This document shows, one piece after another, positions 23,064 to 30,665 of a stretch of 48,536 nt of DNA (position 1 is its first letter; every line of letters starts with the position of its first letter). A model generated the notes under the pieces. It was not told the origin of the DNA and ran no database searches. It saw only the letters and a list, made by a program, of their open reading frames with translations. A program made the position numbers and the translations under genes. Source of the stretch: a virus; IMG/VR virus record IMGVR_UViG_3300009285_000015, positions 1 through 48,536 of that record; one strand, given 5' to 3'.

Positions 23064-23266
23064 TGTACACAGAGAAATTGAGTGTTTTTGGTGTTTCTGT
23101 GAAAAGTAAGTTTGATACATATACTCTTGGAGCAGCCTTAGTCTTAACTAATAGATTGAGCAATGAACCAAGGTATTGGGAACTTTGGCGAAATTGTGGA
23201 CATTTGAATTTTTATCAAAAAGGTGGGGAAAATCGCTGTGACTGTGATAAATTCAATGCTTCCTAA
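23063..23266 (+). CDS. CGH miniprotein family member (67 aa, GTG start overlapping the upstream TAG)
   Basis: ...EPRYWELWRNCGHLNFYQKGGENRCDCDKFNAS. Confidence 0.6.
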   Translation: MYTEKLSVFGVSVKSKFDTYTLGAALVLTNRLSNEPRYWELWRNCGHLNFYQKGGENRCDCDKFNAS

Positions 23267-23699
23267 ACCTGAAGCCTGCCGTCCATGCCCAATGGCGGGG
23301 GATATGCTTGGGTTCTGCCCTGATGATGAACCAGTGAATGCAGCAAAAGTGTTTGTCTTAGGGCAGAACCCAGGATCAGATGAAGAGAGCAAAGGGACAG
23401 CATTCATTGGTAAGACTGGGGATATGCTTATCAATGAATTCTTTCCTCGTGGGGGATTGATTAGAGGGGAAAATGCTATTTGTGGGAATGCCATTAAGTG
23501 CAGGTGGGTTAAAGATGGGAAAAGAGTTAATGAATTACCCCCCGCTGCAATACTCAATACTGCATTAGAGCACTGTGTTAAGGCACATCTACGTATTCCG
23601 AAGGATATTACATTGGTAGTTGCTTGTGGAGCCTTGGCATGGAAAGCGGTTGGTGGAGAAGGAAAGATAACGGATTGGAGGGGTTTTTTAAAGCCATGA
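23256..23699 (+). CDS. Uracil-DNA-glycosylase-superfamily (family 4-like) protein (147 aa from the ATG at 23256)
   Basis: VFVLGQNPGSDEESKGTAFIGKTGDMLINEF matches the GE.PG..E...G.PF.G..G..L motif of family-4 UDGs. N-terminal CRPC is present. Its position upstream of a family-A polymerase is common in phages. Confidence 0.55.
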   Translation: MLPKPEACRPCPMAGDMLGFCPDDEPVNAAKVFVLGQNPGSDEESKGTAFIGKTGDMLINEFFPRGGLIRGENAICGNAIKCRWVKDGKRVNELPPAAILNTALEHCVKAHLRIPKDITLVVACGALAWKAVGGEGKITDWRGFLKP

Positions 23700-23863
23700 T
23701 GTGGGTAATGCTTCTTCAGAATTATTTTTGTATTGCTGATACTGGTATTAAATGTGTTAAAAAGCACCCACCCGCTTGGCTTTTCCCCTGTGGTCACATA
23801 TGCACCGACACTACATTACCTAGTAATAATTGTCATCCGAATTGTGTTGAGAAGGAAAAATGA
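23696..23863 (+). CDS. CGH miniprotein family member (55 aa)
   Basis: MMWVMLLQNYFCIADTGIKCVKKHPPAWLFPCGHICTDTTLPSNNCHPNCVEKEK. Both junctions are ATGA overlaps. Confidence 0.65.
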   Translation: MMWVMLLQNYFCIADTGIKCVKKHPPAWLFPCGHICTDTTLPSNNCHPNCVEKEK

Positions 23864-24033
23864 GGGTACACCTAGATGTGTCAGAAGATATAGTAGCTAC
23901 TATTTGTGCAACTGGGGCTTGTGCGCGTTTTTCCCCCCATGTTTGGCTAAGGCGTTGTGGGCATCTTTATCTTGTTACAATGAATAATGTACGTGAACAA
24001 GCAGGGGAGTGCTCTTGCAATGGAAACAAATGA
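23860..24033 (+). CDS. CGH miniprotein family member (57 aa)
   Basis: MRVHLDVSEDIVATICATGACARFSPHVWLRRCGHLYLVTMNNVREQAGECSCNGNK. Not in the ORF track; the track shows a different-frame shadow at 23733..23987. Confidence 0.6.
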   Translation: MRVHLDVSEDIVATICATGACARFSPHVWLRRCGHLYLVTMNNVREQAGECSCNGNK

Positions 24034-24223
24034 TCTCCTTGATGAAATCACAATGAGAGAACCCATTGAACAGCAAGTAGTCAAAGCATTCTGTTCAACT
24101 TGTGCTTCCTTGCTCGGCAGTTTCTATGTATCTAAAGAGCAACCAATAGAAGGAGCACAAATGCGGGCCGAGCGATTAGCTAGTGGGCATAAACATTCTA
24201 CAGTTAAGTTGACTTATGATTGA
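24020..24223 (+). CDS. Small Cys/His protein (67 aa; CSTC...GHKH)
   Basis: METNDLLDEITMREPIEQQVVKAFCSTCASLLG...LASGHKHSTVKLTYD. The ATG at 24020 overlaps the end of the previous gene. Confidence 0.45.
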   Translation: METNDLLDEITMREPIEQQVVKAFCSTCASLLGSFYVSKEQPIEGAQMRAERLASGHKHSTVKLTYD

Positions 24224-24236
24224 GCATAAATGAACC

Positions 24237-24401
24237 ATGATTGAGACGGCTGATTATCATAACCAGTATTTCTTTGTAGGAGTTAGTGGAACAGGGAGAA
24301 GTATCAACAAGGCTTGGCTATTTCCATGCGGTCACATGGAAAATACGGAGCTATATGAAGAGAGAGAGTATTCTTGTTTTCGTAAGTGTACAGAAAAATG
24401 A
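24237..24401 (+). CDS. CGH miniprotein family member (54 aa)
   Basis: MIETADYHNQYFFVGVSGTGRSINKAWLFPCGHMENTELYEEREYSCFRKCTEK. Its stop overlaps the next ATG (ATGA). Not in the ORF track. Confidence 0.65.
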   Translation: MIETADYHNQYFFVGVSGTGRSINKAWLFPCGHMENTELYEEREYSCFRKCTEK

Positions 24402-24583
24402 AAACTCCCATTCAAGTCCACAGATTCAAGCAGCGGGATAATACCGATGTAGGACCTATTTTCTCCCTTGGGCGATTCCTAGAACCACCAGGATATGTTT
24501 GGCTTTACCGGTGTGGTCACATAATGCCTTATCCAAGTGGAACAAGAAGTGCACCTGACCAGTGTCCATGCCTGAAATATTAG
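24398..24583 (+). CDS. CGH miniprotein family member (61 aa)
   Basis: MKTPIQVHRFKQRDNTDVGPIFSLGRFLEPPGYVWLYRCGHIMPYPSGTRSAPDQCPCLKY. Confidence 0.65.
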   Translation: MKTPIQVHRFKQRDNTDVGPIFSLGRFLEPPGYVWLYRCGHIMPYPSGTRSAPDQCPCLKY

Positions 24584-26565
24584 CAGTCCTGCATCCAGCG
24601 GACTTGTTTAGGGACCCAAGCATGCGTCTCCCTTCTCACAGAGATTGGGCTAAAGTACAGCCTATCTTAAAGAGAGAATGGCCTTTACCTGTTCCTAGTA
24701 GATTGATTATAACACCGGAGAATATTAGTGACATACACGGTGAACAATTTGAGAAGCTTTTACTCCAAGCTCAGAATGCTAACTGGATAGCCATAGATAC
24801 TGAATATGACCAAGAGACACGATTTCTCACGCTCATTGGAGTTGGGTTTAGAGTTAATGGAAAAGTCTCCGGGTTTCAAGTCTCCTGCTCTAGACTTCCA
24901 AGATGGGCAAGAGGAACCCTTGAGGGCATTATTAAGTCTTTGGTCATGGACGTTCCATGTGTATGTCAAAACTCCATAGGGGCTGAATTACCTGTTCTTA
25001 AACAGAATTTGTTTATTGAATACAAAGATTATAAACAAATTGAAGATACAATGCTAGCTCATGCTGTTCTATGGAGTGATTGGGCACATGATCTTGAATT
25101 CTTAGCATCTCTTTATAGTCCTTATAATAAAATGAAACATCTTAAGGGAATAGACTTTTTCTTGTATAACTGGGGGGATGTAATAGATACAATAGCAGTA
25201 TGGGAAGGTTTGTTAACAGAGTTTAAGCAAGACCTCTTAAGTGAAGCTATATACAGAGAGCAATCTCTTAAATTAATCCCCTTAGTATTAGAAGCACATG
25301 AGCGGGGCATTAAGGTAAATAAGGCTGCTGTGGAACCCCTTGCGAAAGAGTTACTACATAGAAAAGAGAAAGCATTAATACTAGCTCAAGCAGCCTGCGG
25401 TTATCCTATTAATATAGGCAGTAATAAACAACTAGCTAAATATTGTTATGAAGAGAGGAAGTATCCAATTCCAAAGGAACGAGGAAAAGAGAAGACTACT
25501 GTAAAAGGAGATGCTATTGCAGAGTTACGTAAATATGTAGGACCGGAGCCAAACTTAGAGGGAGAAGAAAGAGATGGCTTGGACTTTGAGGAAGTTGAAA
25601 GACGAATCCAAGGAGGCGCAGACCCTGTACTTGAAGCAAGGGTTATCTACGCCAATGCGTTACAGGAATATTCACATTATATTGCCCCTTGCTACAAAGA
25701 GACAGTCTTGGTTGATAGAATCTTCCCCGAATTCAAGTTACACACTCAGTCAACAGGAAGATGGTCTACAACTGGTGTTCCCATGGCACAACTTCCCAAA
25801 CACCTCCGTTCAATTGTCTGTGCTGACGAAGGCTTCCGGCAAGTGGAGTATGACTGGAGTCAAATAGAATTAAGATTGCTTGCTGTTCTAGCACAAGATG
25901 AACCATTACTTACTGCTTTTAACAAAGAGTGGGATGTTCATACCTTAACAGCATGTGAACTATTTGGGCTCCCATATCCCCCTAACAGAGTAGACCCACA
26001 CAACAGTGAAGAGTGTAAGGTATGGCGGTCCCTGATCCAATGGGGGGGTACGGGGGATACAAGGCGCACATTTGCTAAGCAATTTGTGTATAGATTGAAT
26101 TATGGAGGATCAGCTAAAGAGGCCATTACTATTCCAGGGGCTAAGATGCTTGGCTTGAATGCTGCTAAGCTATCAATGGTGGCTAATAGATACTTAGCTG
26201 CCCATCCTGGTCTCTCTAAATGGCGTTCTGCAATGGCTATGAGTGTGCAAGGAAAGTTTCCTACAGTCCGTACATTCATGGGGAGGAAACGTATCCTATT
26301 AACTAATGGACCTAAGAAGATAAGGGAAGCGTATGATACTCCTATGCAAGCTGGAGTTAGTGATATAGCTAATATAACTGCTATTACTATATATAAGGAG
26401 TTACCTTGGTTACAATTTCTCTTTCAATTACATGATGGCTGGAGATGGCAATGTCCTACTGTATTGTTGGATGAAACTATGCCACAGTTAAAGAAAATAG
26501 TAGAAAGAGAGTGGAATGTAAATGGTGTGGTTACTAAATTTCCAGCTACTTTTACAGTGCTATGA
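24568..26565 (+). CDS. Family-A (T7/Pol I-like) DNA polymerase with 3'-5' exonuclease domain
   Basis: Exo I is WIAIDTEYD, motif A is EYDWSQIELRLLA, motif B is RRTFAKQFVYRLNYGGS, and motif C is FQLHDGW. The ATG at 24568 is preferred; the GTG at 24562 is an alternative. Confidence 0.9.
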   Translation: MPEILAVLHPADLFRDPSMRLPSHRDWAKVQPILKREWPLPVPSRLIITPENISDIHGEQFEKLLLQAQNANWIAIDTEYDQETRFLTLIGVGFRVNGKVSGFQVSCSRLPRWARGTLEGIIKSLVMDVPCVCQNSIGAELPVLKQNLFIEYKDYKQIEDTMLAHAVLWSDWAHDLEFLASLYSPYNKMKHLKGIDFFLYNWGDVIDTIAVWEGLLTEFKQDLLSEAIYREQSLKLIPLVLEAHERGIKVNKAAVEPLAKELLHRKEKALILAQAACGYPINIGSNKQLAKYCYEERKYPIPKERGKEKTTVKGDAIAELRKYVGPEPNLEGEERDGLDFEEVERRIQGGADPVLEARVIYANALQEYSHYIAPCYKETVLVDRIFPEFKLHTQSTGRWSTTGVPMAQLPKHLRSIVCADEGFRQVEYDWSQIELRLLAVLAQDEPLLTAFNKEWDVHTLTACELFGLPYPPNRVDPHNSEECKVWRSLIQWGGTGDTRRTFAKQFVYRLNYGGSAKEAITIPGAKMLGLNAAKLSMVANRYLAAHPGLSKWRSAMAMSVQGKFPTVRTFMGRKRILLTNGPKKIREAYDTPMQAGVSDIANITAITIYKELPWLQFLFQLHDGWRWQCPTVLLDETMPQLKKIVEREWNVNGVVTKFPATFTVL

Positions 26566-26711
26566 TTGATATAAAACAACACCTAGATAGTTCTGATAAA
26601 GTGTGGGTTACAGTCTGCGGACATATGTGTTATAGACACATCAATTATATCTGTTGTGACTGTAGCAAGGAGCTTCCCTGCTTAGCATGCAAATCTGGAT
26701 TAGATAAATGA
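26562..26711 (+). CDS. CGH miniprotein family member, long form (49 aa)
   Basis: MIDIKQHLDSSDKVWVTVCGHMCYRHINYICCDCSKELPCLACKSGLDK. Both junctions are ATGA overlaps. Not in the ORF track. Confidence 0.65.
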   Translation: MIDIKQHLDSSDKVWVTVCGHMCYRHINYICCDCSKELPCLACKSGLDK

Positions 26712-26914
26712 CAACTTCAATATATCCATCAATACCCGATGGCGGAGTCTATTGCTCTACAGGAATAGTAGCCGAATCTCCATGGTTTGCATCTTGTGAA
26801 CATTTTTGTCATTGGTCGCCAATTGAATGTTGTGTATGTGCAGGAAGAGACGGTTGGGGGTGCACCATTTGTAAAGCCAAAAAGGAGAAGTCAATTAAAC
26901 ATGCCACAAATTGA
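26708..26914 (+). CDS. Divergent CGH-family relative (CEH variant, long form; 68 aa)
   Basis: ...SPWFASCEHFCHWSPIECCVCAGRDGWGCTICKAKKEK.. has the same Cys spacing as 26562 and 19413. Confidence 0.55.
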   Translation: MTTSIYPSIPDGGVYCSTGIVAESPWFASCEHFCHWSPIECCVCAGRDGWGCTICKAKKEKSIKHATN

Positions 26915-27485
26915 AGCCCAAAAATACTTAAACTTTGTTGAGAAATCTAATTCCTTATTCATATTTGATACAGAAAGCCAAGGAATGGAGGGGGACTATG
27001 GAAGGGTATATGCAGTTAGTATTAAGCCATTTAACAAGCCCGTCAGCACCCTTCTCATTGGTAAGAATGCTTGTGATAAAGGAATAGTTATTGAGGCAAA
27101 AAGGATTTTAGAGCAAGCAGACATGTGGTGCAGCTTCTATGGAAAGGGACATGACATTCCACTATTAAATACTAGACTAATAAGATGGGGCCAACCACCA
27201 ATTGAGCCACGTCCTCATATAGACATGTATTTCCAATTGAAATATAAACTCAAGACTGGGAGAAAGAGCCAAGCACATTTACTTGAGTTCTTACAGGATA
27301 CTATGATTACACTAGGTATTAACCCGGAACATAAAATGTCAGTGAGCCCTAATGTGTGGAGTGATCTTTGGTCTGAGTATGCCAAGAACATTAAGATTCT
27401 AGAAGAGCGGTGTGCTTCTGATGTAGTAGGGCTAGAGGCACTCTACCGTACCTGTCGGCATCTCATAAGAGATATAAAATCATGA
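26901..27485 (+). CDS. RNase-H-fold 3'-5' exonuclease (YprB/PolB-exo-like), 194 aa
   Basis: LFIFDTESQG is the DxE Exo I motif, and YGKGHDIPLLNTRL resembles the G..FD.P.L motif. AAAGGAG lies upstream of the ATG at 26901; the track start 26787 is less likely. Confidence 0.5.
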   Translation: MPQIEAQKYLNFVEKSNSLFIFDTESQGMEGDYGRVYAVSIKPFNKPVSTLLIGKNACDKGIVIEAKRILEQADMWCSFYGKGHDIPLLNTRLIRWGQPPIEPRPHIDMYFQLKYKLKTGRKSQAHLLEFLQDTMITLGINPEHKMSVSPNVWSDLWSEYAKNIKILEERCASDVVGLEALYRTCRHLIRDIKS

Positions 27486-27634
27486 TAACAATTCTTGAGC
27501 GAAACTTTGTTGGATTTGGTATTTACTCTGGTGTTATAAGTACCGATCCTTATATTATACGGTGGCTCTTACCTTGTGGTCACATGCTTAGTGATTGGAA
27601 GAGAGACTGTAGATGTGATAATGATAAACAGTGA
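27482..27634 (+). CDS. CGH miniprotein family member (50 aa)
   Basis: MITILERNFVGFGIYSGVISTDPYIIRWLLPCGHMLSDWKRDCRCDNDKQ. The ATGA overlap joins it to the exonuclease stop. Not in the ORF track. Confidence 0.65.
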   Translation: MITILERNFVGFGIYSGVISTDPYIIRWLLPCGHMLSDWKRDCRCDNDKQ

Positions 27635-27767
27635 CCCACCGAAACCATTTGGGACATGTTTTTGGAAAGCAGACGAAAATTTATATGTTTGGCTCTTGCC
27701 ATGTGGACATTTCTGTAAAGGGACGGTTAAAGTTTGCTTGTGTCCAATAAAAAAGAGGGAAGAATAA
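27621..27767 (+). CDS. CGH miniprotein family member (48 aa)
   Basis: MINSDPPKPFGTCFWKADENLYVWLLPCGHFCKGTVKVCLCPIKKREE. The start is ATG 27621 or GTG 27615. The next gene starts directly after its TAA. Confidence 0.65.
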   Translation: MINSDPPKPFGTCFWKADENLYVWLLPCGHFCKGTVKVCLCPIKKREE

Positions 27768-27992
27768 ATGGAAAAGAGTAAGTCAAGGAAAGTAAATGGT
27801 TATGTAAAGGCAGTTTTGAAAAGGGATAAACTAGCTCGAAAGCTAGCAGAAGCACAATCTGAGGTAACAATTAGAGAGGCTGCATTGAAGGGGGGGCAAT
27901 TAGCTGAAGCATTAAGGATGTTGGGGACTGCTATGGATAATGAAGAGTTCTTTGCTAGTCCAATAGATGAGGAGGAAGGCGGAGAGAGTTGA
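27768..27992 (+). CDS. Hypothetical helical/charged protein (74 aa)
   Basis: Intact, tightly coupled ORF. Confidence 0.45.
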   Translation: MEKSKSRKVNGYVKAVLKRDKLARKLAEAQSEVTIREAALKGGQLAEALRMLGTAMDNEEFFASPIDEEEGGES

Positions 27993-28486
27993 TTACCATT
28001 TACTTAGCCGGTGCAATTAGAGATGGCAGATTAGATGATATAGAGTGGAGGGAGAAAGCTATTTCTGAATTGGCTGGTAAGGCTGTCTTTCTTAACCCCC
28101 TTAGTAGGAAGCACTTTGACGCAAAGAATAGTATCTGGACTTTAGCAGGAAGGAAAGTAACCGCGCATTCTATAGTTAAATATGACCTTAATGCAGTCAA
28201 GAGAGCAGATGTTGTTCTGGCAAACTTAACTTCTCTTAGTGAACACTATCCTTCCATTGGTACATTGATTGAGTTAGGGGCAGCAGCTTCAGGGGGAAAG
28301 CTAATTTATCTTATCTTGGACAAGAATTTCGCTGGTCATGAGAATGCTGTCTTTACTTTACATCCATTCTTACAGGAGCTAGCTACAGAAATATTTGAGT
28401 CAGTTGATGAAGCTATTGAGTTCTTGAAGAGATTTCTTCCTGCACTGGACGGAACACAGCCAAGGTTTGGAGAGTTTTATGCCTAA
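27989..28486 (+). CDS. Nucleoside 2-deoxyribosyltransferase-like protein (165 aa)
   Basis: N-terminal IYLAGAIRDG and SIGTLIELGAAASGGKLIYLI match the Rossmann-like start and catalytic-Glu segment of the NDT/Rcl superfamily. Confidence 0.55.
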   Translation: MITIYLAGAIRDGRLDDIEWREKAISELAGKAVFLNPLSRKHFDAKNSIWTLAGRKVTAHSIVKYDLNAVKRADVVLANLTSLSEHYPSIGTLIELGAAASGGKLIYLILDKNFAGHENAVFTLHPFLQELATEIFESVDEAIEFLKRFLPALDGTQPRFGEFYA

Positions 28487-28853
28487 CTCTGCTTGGTTGG
28501 AAGGTTATCAAAATGCGTCTATTTCTCAAGGCATCATTCCACAAGGCGAGAAATATGATAATGATAAATTAAGACTTGACTTACTTCCATTTGATGCCTT
28601 GCTAGAAGTGGGAAAAGTATACTCGCTGGGTAGTGTCAAGTATACTGATCGTAACTGGGAGAAGGGCATTAACTATATGCGAATAGTAGGTGCCCTTCTA
28701 AGGCATCTTTTCTCTTGGATATGTGGAGAAGAAAGAGCCCAAGATGATGAGCAAAGGCATCTAGCTAGTGTAGTTTGGTGTGGACTTGCTCTATTGACTT
28801 ATGAATTACGTGGAATGAAAGAGTTTGATGATAGAAATATCTCGTTTAAATGA
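28479..28853 (+). CDS. DUF5664 / dATP-dGTP diphosphohydrolase N-terminal-like domain protein (124 aa)
   Basis: KYDNDKLRLDLLPFDALLEVGKVYSLGSVKYTDRNWEKG...ALLRHLFSW...HLASVVWCGLALL matches, from memory, the widespread phage KyD.GK.r.dLlp...l..va.vl.fG..KY...NW domain. Confidence 0.6.
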   Translation: MPNSAWLEGYQNASISQGIIPQGEKYDNDKLRLDLLPFDALLEVGKVYSLGSVKYTDRNWEKGINYMRIVGALLRHLFSWICGEERAQDDEQRHLASVVWCGLALLTYELRGMKEFDDRNISFK

Positions 28854-29040
28854 TGGTAAAGAACCCAAAGTATTTACTTTATGGCATGCCGGTGGGTACA
28901 CTTCACTCCATAATTGCGGACACCTCGATAAGTGGTGGGTTATAGACCGGGGCTGTTGTTTATGCCGAGGGTATGGTAAGTTAGTAGGCAATAACCAATG
29001 TGAAGACTGTGAGATTTGCCAGTATAGGAAAGAAGAATGA
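28828..29040 (+). CDS. CGH miniprotein family member, long form (70 aa)
   Basis: MIEISRLNDGKEPKVFTLWHAGGYTSLHNCGHLDKWWVIDRGCCLCRGYGKLVGNNQCEDCEICQYRKEE. It is a tandem paralogue of the next gene. Confidence 0.65.
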   Translation: MIEISRLNDGKEPKVFTLWHAGGYTSLHNCGHLDKWWVIDRGCCLCRGYGKLVGNNQCEDCEICQYRKEE

Positions 29041-29240
29041 TTAAAGAAGTATCTATGGGAAACAGTAGAGAACCAAAGTTCTTTCAATTCAATGCAACTC
29101 ATCAAATTGCTGGAACTAGTTATTTCACCCTTCATTCTTGTGGTCATTTAGATCGGTGCTGGATTATTACTGGTGACTGCTGTGTTTGTAGAAGGAAATC
29201 TTGGGGAGATTGCCCAGTATATGCCGTTGCAAATCCTTAA
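29037..29240 (+). CDS. CGH miniprotein family member (67 aa)
   Basis: MIKEVSMGNSREPKFFQFNATHQIAGTSYFTLHSCGHLDRCWIITGDCCVCRRKSWGDCPVYAVANP. ATGA junction. Confidence 0.65.
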   Translation: MIKEVSMGNSREPKFFQFNATHQIAGTSYFTLHSCGHLDRCWIITGDCCVCRRKSWGDCPVYAVANP

Positions 29241-29454
29241 GAAATTTACTCCTTCTAAGAATCTAGTGAAGTGGTACACAATAGCATGGCCATGTGAATG
29301 GCTTGGCTGTTCTAATACTGCTAAACTGTTAGTGCATGATAGAAAGAATATATTGCCTGATTATAGAATGTGCGGGAACCATGCGCATGAAATGAGGGAG
29401 GAATGTGATAGATTTACTCTTTGGCATCTTTCGTATAGAGATAAGGGAGATTAA
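29221..29454 (+). CDS. Small zinc-finger-like protein (77 aa; WPCEWLGC...MCGNHAH)
   Basis: The C-x4-C...C-x2-H arrangement resembles treble-clef fingers found next to HNH/AP2-type phage proteins. Start choice is ATG 29221. Confidence 0.45.
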   Translation: MPLQILKKFTPSKNLVKWYTIAWPCEWLGCSNTAKLLVHDRKNILPDYRMCGNHAHEMREECDRFTLWHLSYRDKGD

Positions 29455-29584
29455 GAACAAATTAATATGTTTTCTCTTCGGTCATATCGAGCAAACAAGA
29501 TTTGAAATAATCAACTGGGGGAACCACTTTAATCACCAGTTGGGGAACTATGTTGATTGTGCTCGCTGTGGTAAGAGACTATGA
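29405..29584 (+). CDS. DUF1660-like miniprotein (59 aa, GTG start)
   Basis: MIDLLFGIFRIEIREIKNKLICFLFGHIEQTRFEIINWGNHFNHQLGNYVDCARCGKRL. The C-x3-GH...C-x-R-C-G pattern is typical of small prophage proteins (from memory). GAGGGAGG is upstream. It overlaps the previous ORF by 50 nt. Confidence 0.35.
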   Translation: MIDLLFGIFRIEIREIKNKLICFLFGHIEQTRFEIINWGNHFNHQLGNYVDCARCGKRL

Positions 29585-29733
29585 TTGATCCCAAACCTTT
29601 AACCTGTCTAGAGTGTAGAGAAAGAGGGGAAGATTCTATAGTGACAGAAGAATGGAAGCATGCTGGAGTTGAGTCTTATTTAACTGTTGAATGTACTGTA
29701 TGTGGATGGAAAAGTAGATATGGCCCAATATGA
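29581..29733 (+). CDS. 50-aa CxxC...CxxC zinc-ribbon protein
   Basis: MIDPKPLTCLECRERGEDSIVTEEWKHAGVESYLTVECTVCGWKSRYGPI. Both junctions are ATGA overlaps. Not in the ORF track. Confidence 0.55.
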   Translation: MIDPKPLTCLECRERGEDSIVTEEWKHAGVESYLTVECTVCGWKSRYGPI

Positions 29734-29954
29734 AAGCTATTCTTGAATTTAATCTTCCAGATGAATCTCCTGAGCATCAAGCAGCCCTTCATGGAACAGC
29801 ATATTCTGCTCTCATATCTGAGGTACTTGAATATATTCGGAGTGAATTGAAGTATAAAGAACTAACTAAAGATAGATCAGATGCTCTTGACGAATTAAGA
29901 ACTAAGATTTATGAATATATAGAAGAGTATGGTGTACAGGAGATATTAAGATGA
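29730..29954 (+). CDS. Hypothetical acidic helical protein (74 aa)
   Basis: Intact coupled ORF. Confidence 0.5.
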   Translation: MKAILEFNLPDESPEHQAALHGTAYSALISEVLEYIRSELKYKELTKDRSDALDELRTKIYEYIEEYGVQEILR

Positions 29955-29970
29955 AACCGGGGAAAAATAA

Positions 29971-30360
29971 ATGACTACCATTGAACGTCCATATCTATAT
30001 ATCAAACCTCCAGACATGGAAGAAGCCGGTCGCTATCTATTAATAGCAGCGAGACCGGCTTTTGGTACTACTATTGGAACACCAGTTATGGTTAAATTAG
30101 ATTATATTAAACACTTTGGAATGGGAGAATCTGCTTGGATTGAAGGATATACAGAGTTAAATAATGAACTTGAGAAAGTAATTGAATTCCCCGCTATGTG
30201 TCCTTATTTGTTGATTCCCGCGCATAGAACACAATTACTTAGTGCAGAAGAAGCAGCAAGTAAGGATAAAGAGTTATCTAAGAAGATAGAGAGTGTACTG
30301 AAAGATCAAGCTGAGAGAGAAGAGGCAGGAGGAGAGAAGGCCATTGGGGTGTATCTATGA
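29971..30360 (+). CDS. Hypothetical protein (129 aa)
   Basis: Intact ORF with GGGGAAAAA upstream. Its stop overlaps the next start. Confidence 0.5.
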   Translation: MTTIERPYLYIKPPDMEEAGRYLLIAARPAFGTTIGTPVMVKLDYIKHFGMGESAWIEGYTELNNELEKVIEFPAMCPYLLIPAHRTQLLSAEEAASKDKELSKKIESVLKDQAEREEAGGEKAIGVYL

Positions 30361-30665
30361 AAGTAAAGAAATTACTCACAATAGATATTCTTGGTTATCA
30401 ATTTAATATTGTTGAAGATGGAGAGATAGTAAGGCGGGGTAAAGAGGGTGAGTGTGATATGGAGAAAGAATTAATTACAATTAACCCCAATCAATCGAGG
30501 CGGGGTATAGCTGATACTCTCTTACATGAGATACTACATGTTATCAATGGGACTGGGCTTGATGCGGAGAATCAGTTGAACGAAATGCAAGTTACTTATT
30601 TTGGGACTGTCTTGGCTGAAGTGCTTAGGAGGAATCCTCAATTACAAAAGATATTGACAGAGTAA
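30357..30665 (+). CDS. Small HExxH-motif protein (putative metallopeptidase-like), 102 aa
   Basis: It carries LLHEILHVINGTG. The call rests on this motif only. Confidence 0.35.
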   Translation: MKVKKLLTIDILGYQFNIVEDGEIVRRGKEGECDMEKELITINPNQSRRGIADTLLHEILHVINGTGLDAENQLNEMQVTYFGTVLAEVLRRNPQLQKILTE

